DNA of 64,000 bases from Balanoglossus misakiensis. Taxonomy: Eukaryota > Animalia > Hemichordata. Location: contig CM082578.2 in NCBI GenBank assembly GCA_040954595.2, positions 9,347,519 through 9,411,518 of the forward strand, written 5' to 3'. A model generated the notes under the pieces. It was given only the letters and a program-made list of their open reading frames with translations. It did not search any database and was not told the origin of the DNA. Position 1 is the first letter of the stretch; each line of letters begins with the position of its first letter. A program made the translations under genes and the position numbers. This document shows positions 1-13,208 of this stretch, piece after piece.

Positions 1-3000
1 ACGCCGGACCCCAATATGAAGAGCGCCCGCAGACCAACTGTCGCCTTTCTCTCATTCCTGTTCACGAGAATATAATTAACTTTCTGTTCCGTGGACATGC
101 AGTTGCTCACTTGTGATCCCTTGTGAAGATACCATTGACAACAGTCAATAGTTCAGGGTCTTCAATTTTTGACGCTTCCGCAGACGGACAAGTACTTCGC
201 TATCACTTTCAATTTGAAAGTAATCTTCTCTATAATCGTGCCAAGATCAACTGTTAACTCCCCAGTTGGCGAAGTCTCAACCTTCAGCATTGTGATTGGG
301 TTGTGCCGATTACACTCAACTCGGGGCAAAACAGCCCAAAGGCAGCAAGCTTACAAGATATACATCATCCACATGGTGTGACCTGTACTTTTTGGCTTTA
401 ACAATGCATCTCAATAAAGCCTTGTGATAGCAGAGACGCACACCCTCTGCGTGTGTGCATTCACCAGACGGAAATCCAACCCATGTCCAATCACCCACTC
501 TTCGAGTTAGTTGCCCGCGGTTTGACGGAAACTGGCTTGATTTGTCCAACAAGGTCGGAAAAGTAACCCGTCCCACCGAAGCGGCAGTCTTCAATCATTC
601 GTTCAGTGAGATCAGTACAATTACGATCAAATGAAACCGTCTCGGGATAAATGCGGTTCTCGACTCAATGCAGGAAAAAAAATCAGGGTGCGAGGGCGGC
701 AAATTAACAGCGGCCGACCTTTATGCTAACAGATGATAGATTGGAGTACATGGACACATCGGCGCTGTGCCGTGTTCTTGCCCCGCGCTGCCGGAAGCGA
801 CGAACGTATTTGACATTTTACATCCTGTATGCAAATATTACCTTTTAGGCATGGCTATAGCACAGTCCAAGACGAAAAAGTGTTAATTTACAGTATATAG
901 TGTTGTACACGTAAGCCATAAATCTTTGTGAGATTTTTTATCGTTGACAAACTCTCAATTTTTTGTCATCGGTATTGACTCTTGCCCACCGTCAACTTCA
1001 AATCTTGGACCTGTTTCGACCAAAAGAAAACTCCCAGCGAGATTTATTAAGCAGTAGCGCCCCCTCTTCTGTTAAAATTGCTAAAAGTGGAAGCTCTTGG
1101 GGTTTTGACAATTTTTACCTGTCCATCAGGATTATAAACAGCGAACGCTTTTCTGTGATCTGTGTATGCGATATTCGCACGCACACAGAATGAGATGCAT
1201 TGACGTCTGATCCATTTGGTTTCCCAGTGGGAAGTAATCCAAAGGGGGGACGGCAAAATATGGCAAATGGTTCTTATAAGGTCGTCGGGTCACTGCCCAC
1301 GTTTTAACTTACCGTCGTCGAGTGACTAGACGGGAAAATTATAGCTAATCGACTTCATCCTAAACGTATTCGCGCGACTTGTCGATCCGATCACTGTTGA
1401 GTAGTTTATTCACCCAATTCCCCTTCGTCATTTTCAAGTTCGTCCCGTGACGACCCACTGCGCAATGGGACTGAAACATGAACGACAGAGTGGATCCCTT
1501 GATTATGACGGCTCGAACTTTCTTTCTGTGTGCGTCTGTGACGACCTCAAAGGAAATCAAGACTTTTCGCGGCCCCCGTGTGATTGCAAATTAAATCTCA
1601 ATATCACGGAATTATTCAAATAATACAGTGAGACAGAATTACTTGGCATGTCATGCCCATCAAAAGGCCAGCATAATTACATTGTTCTATGTCTTGTGCA
1701 GCTTTGATCAAATTCAATTGTCAATTTTGATATACGGCCTAATCGCAAAAACTGATTAAATGAATATGGGAAGGAGCTATATACTCTACCTGCCATGCCC
1801 ATCTAACTAAATTTAAAAGCTGTATAGATGGGCGATTTCTAAAAATGACTGAAATCACAAAAAAGTATGCAAGAATTAAACAAGAATATCCAGGATCAGC
1901 ACGAAATGAACATACATAACCCATTCATCTCCATAGCTCTTCCTGATATACCAAATGATTCATGTACCCAACGTTCACATGTCTACGGCCTATAAAGATG
2001 GGACACTGCCTCGTTACGGAAGTGGTGTGTAATAAACTGTTTTATAGAATCTCCTCAAAGAACTATAGTGTATAGATTCATCACTACATAACCGTACTTC
2101 TCTCTGATTACTCGAAAGATTGTTCACGATTTCGTTCTCGTGGGAATATTGGTCATTTCTTCACATCTCTGCTGTCAAATGCATAAGCGACAGAATGATC
2201 TAGACACCCCTAACACCAAACGTATATGAACGAACAACAGCAAAACTGAACTCGTCGGTCATCGACATCACTCAATCGGTTATTAATTGGTGGCAAATAC
2301 AAAAAATTTTTTCCAGAAGCCATGATAGGAAGCTATTATTTATTTACTATTTCTAAATGTTGCAGAACCGCGCTAGTGTACATGTATTGAATTTATCGTT
2401 TCCCGCCTCCATTCGATTGTTTGCAAAGGGAGTATTTTAAATTCGATCAATGCGTTTTGGCAGGCAATTAATTTTTGAGGTGACACACTACATTGAAAAT
2501 GACGGATCATCTCTCTGTGAAGACGATTTATATTCCACGCTCTGACAACAAGCTTTGTAGTTCGTAATTAAATTGTAACTGTATGTCGACTCTGTGTATT
2601 AAATGCCCGCTATTTGGTGCCACTGGGAGGTCACGAAGAATCAACAGCGTATCTTCATCCGAGCCATCGCATCGGTTTCTGCCATGTTAGCGCGCGTTGC
2701 CCGGGTTCGCATCAAGTACATTTCTGGGTGTTTGAAATAAACGTGCGCGTCGTAAATGACAACAAAAGTGCATGACACCATATAGAGATCGTTGAGACCG
2801 ACTTTCCCGGGGTGTGCATGGTTCTCCAAGACAAACGGTCCCACCACGACATTTAGTTGGTGGCGCAGAATGCATTAAAACGTCAACACAGCAGGCGCGC
2901 CACGGCAGGTGCGGGGAGGAATAAGAGTTATGTCAGAGAACTTCTGGTGATCAAAGTTTTACTACCAGAAGCTATATGCACTTTTCTGTAGCTATTTATA

Positions 3001-6000
3001 GGACCAATAAACCCCAAGAATTATTCCTCTGTCAGTCTGGAGTCTTGAAACCCCATTAACGGCAGCATACACTTATCGTGATGATAGGAACTGTCGTCTG
3101 ACAGCAAAACTGTGCTTTTTTCAACGATCGTTGTTGATTTTCACGACTTCCGTAAATACGCCTGAAAAGGCTTCCTAACACATTCCACATACTTTTAAGA
3201 CGATACCAGAGTATTCAACCACACATACTGTAGAAGGAGATTCAATGCGTGTGGCGGTTGCTTTAAAATATAATACTGAAGACCGCTTTGTTTGTACAAT
3301 GAGTTACTGCGTGAGTTATTGTGTTAGGAAAATTCATTTTCTGGATCGACGAACATCTGATCTGCGCACGATGAAATATGTGTAGTCAGGGCGATGATGA
3401 TAAACTTTTTATTTAAATAATAGACGTCAGTCAGCATCTCACGTAGTGTTTCGTGGAGAGTATGCAATGGCGCTTTTGGCTATTGACCTACATGACTACA
3501 ATAGACTCCCGTAATCTCTTATCTGGCACTGGCATGTATCCTTGGATGATGATCCCTAAAACGTGTGTACACTATCAGGTACATGTACATAATTCAACAT
3601 CCTTGGTCTTGCACCTGAATAGCCAATAATCCGATTCCGTGATGATTTGTACATAACTGATGATAATTATTCATTAGGTCCAACTGGTGTGTGCAGGGAC
3701 AAGAGCCTAAATGAAGTAACAGTCAAACATGTATATTTTGTCGTTTAAACAAAATTAGGCCAAAGCAATTGTGCCAGTTAGATCAAGCGTTGATTCTTTA
3801 CTCAGTCTATAAACTCTACATGTGCTTCGGAATCCCTGGCTCTGCAAAAGAAGCCTGCAGTCAGGACCAATAAAACGCAGGATACATTCACAACTCATTT
3901 CTGCAGAGTCAAAATGTCAACATAAATTTATCTTGGGGGGTTTCCATACAGATGAACAACCGTCAGTCGGTAATTGCTTGACTCCTAACATTTGGAAATA
4001 TTCGCCTCGTAAATTCATTTATTGCCCGGTGAAAAGAATGCAAAGGCAGAGTCCCGCAAAATGACTAAAGACTGGCGATATCGGGCGACATGTGCAATGA
4101 ATAGCACAATACAATCAATGCATACCTTTTATAAACTCTTTAATTATCGATGTACAATATGGCGTTGACATTCACAGGTACTCCAGTAATTGTTCTGTCG
4201 TTGCTAATCAAGTTTTATCGTTGGTTTAACCCCTTTCGTGAATATAGTTTGCATACAAATTAAACATCTTGCGGCATCTTGGGTTTTTAACATAATCTTG
4301 CTGTTGCTGAAAGTATGTATGATTACCCGGAAGGATTTTCAGCTCGTTATTAATAAATTTCATCCCGCCTATCCCTTATTTGTAGGGTAAATTATTAACG
4401 ATATTTTATAAACAGGTTGCTGGGTCAGCTTTCGAGGAATATTTCAGTGGTAAACAACGAACCCAAAGTGTATGCACAAACTGGGTAGAGTAATTTTATG
4501 AAGTCAAAGTTAACGAGAAGCCCAAAGTTACGATCACAGATGTTATGGGTGGTATACGCTACCATGAGTCGTTTGAATATTTTCTTGTTACTATACTAGT
4601 AAGTTTCCCTGGTCGGAGAAGTCGCGATTGATCCCGGGTCAATGTACTGTGCATGTGCAGTAGCACCCCTCCCAACAAGACTTCTGCACGTGTGTTCCAT
4701 GAAAAATCACGTGAGTGAAAGCGTACATAAAATAGGCATATTTCTGGAGTTATATCATTTAATTTTGGTAAACGTTATGTACTTTCAAGTTCTTATCAAG
4801 GCATCTGATCACGGCTGACCATCTTTTTTTCAAATTGTTTTAAGCGCTTCGAAATAATTCTGGCATCTATAGTGGGGAAACCCCCAAAACGCCTCTCCGC
4901 TGAAGAGAAAATCCATCTCCTACATCAGAAATCATGAGCTACAACTTATCGAATTACAACCTCAACTTTTAACTTTTAAAGACAATAGGTGTGATTAATT
5001 TTTATGAGAGTGAAATTGAGGCAAGTTCGCATTTTTATGAAACTGGGGTCCGACCGGGTCGGTTGGCATGCAATCATCAATCAACGCCCACATATAGCCC
5101 AGGTGCCGCATAGCATATAGTAGATTCATGGCGGTGTCAAAGTGCAGACGAGATCAAGGAATCGAGATGTCGAAAAGGAGGTCGGGGAAGTTAAGACTCT
5201 GTGGCCACAGCTATACCACTGCATTCTGAGAGTTTACCATAGAGTACCACGGGCCACGGCTGTTATTGTGTATACGGTCATCTCTAAATTTACATATGTC
5301 TATATATGGTCAAAAGGCGTGTCTATGTGTTAGCGTGGTGGCGCATTTTTCTGCGTGTGCCACCCACTGAAAGTCTGTGATTGGATATATTTGAATTGTC
5401 CACGGTAAAGTGGTTAAATTTGCATATATGTAGGTGACCGTATACATTTAACTCTCGCCATCGTCTCAGTGCTATATTGCACGTACTTTCATTAATTTAG
5501 TCAATTGACCACGCCGTTCTTTAACTTCGTATGCCGCTTGCCACACTATGAACATGTATCGCCCATCGCCGAACTGTTACAACTTCCAGCAAAGACTCGC
5601 TGAGAACACGCGTTTTCAGTATCACAATTTTACTGTCAAACCAGTCATTTTAAGCATTCCGCCCGAAAGCATTTATTCGTCACACGAGCTGCATTTGTCG
5701 ACAAATTAATGACTGAATGAATCCATGCCACGGTTCGGTGCATATCGGTCACCTCACCTCACCTCAACACAATCGCGTAAAATTATTCCTTTACAGCAAG
5801 ACGGAAGTACAATATCCGCTCGAACGCAGCAAAGTGTGCGTTGTTATAATCCCAGGTCATAAAGTTGTCATTTTCCAGAAGGAGAAAAATTTTTAACGAT
5901 GGCAACTGTCAACTGCGTGCTGATTCGAAATTGAGCCGCAAGAGGGAAAAGGCGTGTGAAACTTGGCTGCCAGTCATTTACCGTAGCTGCCACACCCATT

Positions 6001-7619
6001 TGGGGCTCGAGATAATATTGTAGGGCCGGTACGTTTTATCCAGGCGCCGTGTAGTAAAGTGCAAAGTACTGGTCCTTGGCCCAGAAGGGAAACATTTAGA
6101 CTTTCACAGGCCCCAATTACTGCTGTGCTCAGAACTAGAGATATGAAGCGCTGTACTTTGTACCGAAGCCTATGGATGAGACCAGGACTGGCGAAAGTCG
6201 AAATGAACTCTGCTCGAAGAATTCGTGTCACTCATGTTATAGCTTCGCTTGTTTATATACGATGTACCAGACCACCGGATAAACGTCACAATATTTATCC
6301 TTACTCAAGTTGAGTGGAACAACTTGTAAAGTAAATTTGCCCCTTTGAATTCCAATGTGCGTTCGTACATGACTTCAATTATTCTAAGGTAGAATGCGCC
6401 ACAAAAATCAAAGACTTAGACGTCCTCTCATATTTCACGCAACTTTAGATCGGCCTCTACTAAAATTGAGATTAAAAATTGGGGGTCACCGCGCAAACTT
6501 TGGAATGACGGAGGAAAATTGTCTCAAATTCAATATTTAAAATGGCCGCCAATCTCTGTATTAAGCCAATGGAGAACATTTAAAGTAGTGATTTTCATGA
6601 AAACAAGAACTTCTTCGTTTTCGCACAAAGAGAACGTTTTACCATATAAAAGGGATTGTGATTTTACATTGTGATTGGATACGAGTTTCGTGGTCACGTA
6701 TCACTCCACTTCAAACCCTAGGTGGCCATCAAATTTACAAGGTGTTTACATCAAGCATTCAGCGACTCGCTTTCAACCGAGCCATTACTCCGTTTCCAAT
6801 ATCGTTCCCCGTTCAGCTCTGGCAAAAGACACTTGGCTGATTTATCTGGAAATACATGAAGGATTGATGCGAGTGTCAGCGAAATTACCCAAGCGGTTGA
6901 TACAAATTATTTCGCCCACAGCAATCATATGAACCTCGTATTCTCGCATGTTACTGATGCTCCCGCTGTAAAAAAAAGTTGTGTAAGTCATCGCGTCATG
7001 CAGGGAAGTGAATGCAGTCCCGGCAAATCACTGAATGATTACTTTGATTTAGACTCCGTGACCCATAAAAAAAGATGAATTAGGTTCTTTGATGGAACTG
7101 ATAACGTCTCGACGAGACTTCAGTGAATTTTTCTGCTCCCTGCATGTTGAGCGGTAACGATTTATCCGGGGGTTGGATCTGTCTTCCCCGCCTAAATGGC
7201 GTCTCCCTGTTTCCGCATGAGCTATAGCAACCGGCAAGTCTAGTTTATTGCTCTACGGTGGCTGTTCATTTGAATACTTTGATGTAAAATCGACAGTTAC
7301 CGGTCATCAGCGTGAGAAACGTCGTAAATATTTATCACGGAAAGGAGGACGGCAAATTCCGAGAGCAAAATGTTTGGATGGCGTTTCATGCCGAATTTCG
7401 CACGGGCAGCTGGTTTACCTACAGAAACGCAATGATCATATCGTGGTTCAGCGCATTGAAAACCTTTGATGGAAAAACATAAGTTAATACACCAAAGCAT
7501 TTAATGCTTTGACTACATTCCACATCTTATGGATAATATCGATGTATGGACGGGAAGGATGGATGGATATATGGATGCCGAGTCATACAACATATTTGTA
7601 CCTCAATTAAAGTTATTTA

Positions 7620-7931
7620 AGCAATAAAACACCCCCAGCCATGGTATACCACGAGATTTTGACCAGTTCACGACATATACGCACGAGCGATAGCGAGTGC
7701 GTATATGGAGTTGAACTGGTCAAAATCGAGTGGTATACCATGGCTGGGGGTGTTTTATTGCTATTATATTATGCCAGTATATTGAAACTTTGCATAAAAC
7801 ATTTTAAAAAGGCATTTTCTTTGACTATGATATATGACTGTGGTATATGGCTAATATATCACGGTCACGTGTCGTGTCTCGACCAATCAAATAGCGTGAT
7901 TTACACAATCAATATACTGGTATAATATAAT
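7620..7931. mobile_element. Double-hairpin (foldback) non-autonomous DNA element
   Basis: 7620-7762 is a long imperfect palindrome (AGCAATAAAACACCCCCAGCCATGGTATACC...GGTATACCATGGCTGGGGGTGTTTTATTGCT) centred on GCACGAGCGATAGCGAGTGC. It is directly followed by a second inverted pair, ATTATATTATGCCAGTATATTGA (7763-7785) / TCAATATACTGGTATAATATAAT (7909-7931), with 1 mismatch. No ORF. Confidence 0.7.
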
Positions 7932-10149
7932 TAACGATAACGCTTTGGATGTGAGATGCGGCTCTCAAGCCGAAACGAAACAAGAGCCGAAGTCTTCAAC
8001 TACAAAATTAACGCGTGTTATTATTAATAAATAATTAAAAATAACAATTCGAACGTGCCGTGATTAATGGACCATCATCATGCGTGGTTGACGCATTACT
8101 TCAATGCATAACCCGAGGAAACAAAATGGAAACAAATTCTGAGGAATTATGCCGCGGTATGCGTTACATGTGACGTCATCCATCTGTCCTTGCCAAAGTT
8201 GGCTCGTGCGGGATTCTCCATCCGCATCAAAGAAAATAAGCGCGTGGGATGCTGTGGGCAAGAAATCAGGCCCTAGTTACATTCGCCGTCTCTGTCTCAA
8301 TTACGCTTGAAATCCTCATCAGGAGTCCAATTAATAGATTAACGAAGGGTTGAAACTCTAATCATAGCCAATCGTACCTAACCCCCACCTTCCGGGCGAA
8401 ACTTCGCGGCTGGGTCGTCAACTCTGAAAAAAATATTGCATTTTATGAGATTACTGAATCCCCTCGGCACCGGACGGTTGACAAGAAAACTTAACAAGCC
8501 GTAGTCTGGTTCCTAGTCATGCAAGTGAAAAATGACTTTGCCATCGCAAAAACAATCTATATATATATGGAGTAATAATTTCTGATAGACGGAGCGGGCG
8601 AGTGATTGGGCCTCGGTGAACCGGCGTCTCGGTTTTGACATTTACGGGTCGCTGGTAAATACGGTGAAGGATCGTGGTGGTTTACGCGGAGAAATGCCAC
8701 GCGGCTTTCGCAGATGAAGATTCATTCGCCGTGCTCGTCGTTGAAAACAAATCCTCTTTTATCTGATGTCACGTTCGATCAACCGCCTGATCATCATGCC
8801 GGCGACGCGACTGTAATTAAAGTAGTTAAACCAAGGGACAGAATCAAGACATATGTTCGGAAATTCTATAAATCAGCCAGCGGTCGTTAAAAAAATGCAC
8901 ACTGCTTCGGGGGATGTGAAAACCACAGGAAAGAGACTGACGTATTTCTGGCGATACGCATAGCATCTAATGCACTATTTCCATATCCGCTTCGCCATCG
9001 TCAAGGTAAATGGGGTTTGACTTGACATTTATGGGAGCGGTCGCCTTTTCCGCCGTGAGAGGACTTCTTATTAAAAGGGGGGTTGATGCATACAGCCTTG
9101 GCAGTGCCTGAACTAGGACTGTGCCTTGTGTCGTCTCTTGCACTTCAGATTGCATTAAAATTGAGTGACGGGAGAAACAAAGTCATTTCGAGCGCAGTGC
9201 ATTTACATGTGTCAGTTCAAATGATGGAGACGTCAATTTTCTTAATTGAACGATGGTTAAGTGAATGCAAAACACTGCTGCTATTTCCGTCACTTATTTT
9301 TTTTCGTCGTGACAAGACAGCACGACAAGGTGCTTTGGATTAATTTGAAGTCTGATGCAGTCCAGTCCTGACCAGTCCAGCTGCTGGGCTGGTTCCAACC
9401 AGACAGGGTCGAACCAGACTGGGACAGAACAGACAGACATTCAATGTCCACACAGATATGAGGAGGTATACCGTGTGAGGTTCGCTAAAACCTTGGGTAA
9501 TTACCCTTTTTCGTAAAAGCTGTTGTTACGAACCAAAAACTCGCAACACAAACACCCAGACAGCAACAACAATGATACACAGTACACCCGAAGTTATATG
9601 TTTCACTGCGAATCTATTTGTCACAGGAAGAAAAATAATATCATAGTACAAGCACTGAAACTTAAATGTTACTAGGGTTCTTACTGAAATATTGTAATGT
9701 CCTCAAGAAACTTGTATCAGTTCCGCGGTAATATTACACACGTGGTGAGCGGACGCGATAATTCAGTGTTCCGTGAGTTCTCTGCACCGACCCGACGATG
9801 GTTCACGCTGGCGTGCTGCTTTCTCACACAGTTCTTTCCTGAAGTCCTCTCAGAAGAAAGTAACAGGTTCACTTCACTTACAGTTGCTGGCGTAGACATG
9901 CATTTTAAGTCCGAGAGCAACACTGAATTCAAACCAACAGGACATACCCGACGTGCTGAACTTCAACACCGAGCTCCCACGTAGATTACAAGATTCCAGT
10001 CCCCGTCGCTCATGGCCGAGTACAACTTGTCTGTTTTCTGGTCGGCTCACGCCACTTGACTGCCGTTGCAGAGAGTCAAAAATCAAAAACCCTTACGTAA
10101 TATTCAAAATACCCAGGTGCATGGCTACTACAGCTAACGCTATGTTAAT

Positions 10150-10192
10150 GACGTACACCCTTATTGATATCGACGTACACCCTTATTGATAT
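10150..10192. repeat. 22-bp tandem duplication
   Basis: GACGTACACCCTTATTGATAT(C) present twice head-to-tail. Confidence 0.9.
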
Positions 10193-10605
10193 TTAAATTC
10201 TATGCATTCATAGTACAATCGTAACACTGTTCCCTTTTATGATCTTAAATTGCGTAATCAAGGTGTATAACATGTATAGTAACTACCTGCTTTTAATTAG
10301 CATTTTCTCGGCTAAGAAGTGCTTCTCAAAAAAGGACACTTGGAAGTCGACCAAAATATCATTTCACGAAGAAATGTGTGATTAAACATGTTGTCACGAA
10401 CCTCAAAAGCCACTGCCTTAAAAGTGGAATTACAAACTCGTAGACGACAAAAACTGTAGGTTGCAGGTGTGCAAATATTTCACATAACGACGTGCTTGAA
10501 ACCACACAAACGATTGTTTCGTGTCTATTTTCGCTTGTGGACTGTGGGTAGAGTGAACTGATAGTCACGTTGGGACACACTGATGTACTTCTATAACATG
10601 GGTGA

Positions 10606-10732
10606 GGGAGTCTTCAGTATTTACAGGGGGTGGGCCGGGGGAAATGGGGGGGGGGTTATATTATTGAAAGGGATGCTGGGGAGGGTCACCCCATTGGCCC
10701 CAGCCCACCCCCTGTAATCACCGAAGACCCCC
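10606..10732. mobile_element. PIF/Harbinger (Tourist-like) MITE, 127 bp
   Basis: 35-bp terminal inverted repeats: GGGAGTCTTCAGTATTTACAGGGGGTGGGCCGGGG versus the reverse complement of the right end GGGGGTCTTCGGTGATTACAGGGGGTGGGCTGGGG (30/35 match). Flanked by a 3-bp TGA target-site duplication (10603-10605 and 10733-10735). Confidence 0.75.
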
Positions 10733-11195
10733 TGATGCTGTTTACTGGACGGGGATATTGGACACAATCGCAAAAGATGAGCATGACAACTTTAAATGTA
10801 GAGATCATTGATATTGTCACGCACAGTGGGAATTCTGTTAAGTCATACATAGCTTGAACACACACATACTTTGAAATATTGAACACAGAGTTAAGAGATC
10901 GTGTTCACGTATCCAATCTTGGTGATTACACCTGTTTGAAGACGTTACACAGATCCTCTGACGCCATGGGTAGTTGAGATATAGTCCGGACGGTCCAAGG
11001 GGATCGAAAGGTATTATCCCCTGGGTCAATTATGCACCTGTTATGCAGATCAAATTGGTCTAGCAAAGACACTATGAAGTAACTGACTATTGACACAAAA
11101 CATCACCGGACTGCTATACGAGCCAGTCCTGATTTGAATGTAAACCAACAACGAGATATTCCGACCCTTATACAAGGAACTATAGGCATACGACG

Positions 11196-11239
11196 ACCAC
11201 TACCACCACCACCACCACCACCACCACCACCACCATCAC

Positions 11240-11284
<45 letters not shown>
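11196..11284. repeat. Compound (CAC)n(CAT)n microsatellite
   Basis: Directly visible trinucleotide run. Confidence 0.95.
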
Positions 11285-13187
11285 TTCTTCTTCTTTAAAG
11301 GATCTTAACTTGTTTTATGTCGGCCACCTCCATGACGAACATTACTCGTGCAATTCTGAGAATGTGGGTTAAAGTTCATCGCTGTTAGGCTCCGTATGTT
11401 AATCTGTTAATGCCTCCAATTTTTATGATATTGAAAACAATATTTCACCACGTAGCCCCGGGATTTTAATGTCATAGTGCCCATTATGAACACAAATCCA
11501 GCTCCGGGGTCTAAATTCTGCTCGGTGGTATTAACCTTCAGTGGCCTTTCTGAGGAATATTGTTTTAGGAATAGGGTTTTACCCCCGGGCTTTTCATATG
11601 GACCTGGCAAGTGTGTGTGTGGTGAGGTTCAGAGCAACCCACCGTTCCTATGCGCTTTTAATTACTCGAAGCATAATGCTGTTTTCATGATCCGTGTCAC
11701 CGAACAAATATGAACCGACTGGCTATCTGTGTATAGTAACCCCGCGCGGCGTTCAAGCGCGCAGTTTAATTATGGTCCTTGATAGCTCCCTGGTCTCGAC
11801 GATTGCGTCACATCCTCCGGTCACTGGCTGATCGAGTTCGCACGTGCACAGGTGATGACGCCGCGGCCGCGCGGTGGGGGGGGGGGGGGGACGGGGACGA
11901 GTGATTCGCATTTCCCGTTTGCGTTGCGGATATGACGCAGTGTTGGACCGTGCCGTTAATTGAATTCTGCGCGCGGAATGTAAACTGCGGGGCGCGGGTC
12001 CCGAATGGGAAGCGACTCCTGTCTTTCTGGCGGTGTTCATTTTTACTTCATCGTGGCTTCTACCAAGGCCCTCCAATCTATGCCTGGCTTCGGCGATGAG
12101 TTATCGCCGTACTTAAACACATAAATCCATGCGCGGTGATTATGGTGTAATTTCAGTTAGAGACGAAAACGACCCGAAGGCAATAGGAAGGGAATCAACC
12201 TTTGAATACTGCAGCTGCCATCAATCACCATTACAGCGATATACAAGCGCTCGGTGGCTGCAATTACCGTTTCGTGAATATCTTCCTAGGGTTATTTGCA
12301 GGAATTTAGCAGCTTAAGTGCAAGTGCATTAAGCTGAAAGTATGAAGTTCAACTTTGATCGCGCGTTCCCCCGGTGCGAGAAGAGCCACGGATTTTATTG
12401 GTGAAATCTCGCACCCAGGTAACGTACGTACACAAGGAGATATAAACATTCGAGTATAGCAAGCAATAAACGGCCGGAACATTCACTATCGGGTTTACAA
12501 TGAGAAAGCTCGCGCGTTAAAATTCAGGGAAGACACAAATTAATGAGTGTAGTCGAGCGCATTGTCAGCGCTGACCGACTTCGGTTGCCTGCAGGTTTCG
12601 AACGAAAGTCATGTGCCTACAGCTGGGAAACGACAATTACGAACAAGCAAGCTTTACTTTGAAAACCATCTTTCAACTAGAAATCTAAAAACGGGCAATA
12701 AGCTTAGCTGGGATATTTTTCGACGAATTAAGTCGAGTAACGGTAGATTAATATTTTGACACTACGTAAAATGCTAGCGCGTACTAAGGGGAGAACCATA
12801 TCATATCTAGGGGTGGGTGATATCTTTTTGGAGGGGGTGGGGTTGTTGGCAGATGACGCGGAGGATGCGTTTCCTTCTGCTGGTGCTGGTGCTTGATATA
12901 TAACTGTTTGCTACCTACACGAATTCGGCGAGTTTGGGACGTGCGCCAGTTGGACTATATTACATAGCTTCCGCTTTTAGTAGCTTGGAATATTCAAGTG
13001 GAATCTGCGATCTTTAAGAGAAACTCCCTCCCGACGGAATGGATGGTGATAGAGAAGATATGTCTTGAATCACAGACCCTAGAGTGAGACTCCAGGGTCT
13101 ATGCTTGAAGTGAGATCCTGGGTTCGATTGCTCAGTAAAGCCGGTTACCGACAGTGTTGTTTTTTCCGCACTCACTCTCCTTTACAG

Positions 13188-13208
13188 TTGAAAAACCTCA
13201 TCAGACAG
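13188..13208 (+). other. Putative 21-nt micro-exon, probably in the 5' UTR of the downstream GPCR
   Basis: Pyrimidine tract plus TTTACAG acceptor, and a consensus CAG|GTAAGT donor 21 nt later. A candidate acceptor (CCCTGCAG, ending 15371) lies just before the GPCR ATG. Confidence 0.4.

Noticed and set aside
1-380. Signal-peptide-like frame on minus (MWMMYIL*ACCLWAVLPRVEC...) after a possible acceptor near 382
   Set aside because: In-frame TAA at codon 8, further stops downstream and no recognisable domain. It may be UTR of a gene left of the window, but this cannot be supported.
6385-6740. Sequence with the feel of a non-autonomous DNA transposon (TAAGGTAGAATGCGCC..., AATGGCCGCC)
   Set aside because: No matching terminal repeat or TSD found within the window.
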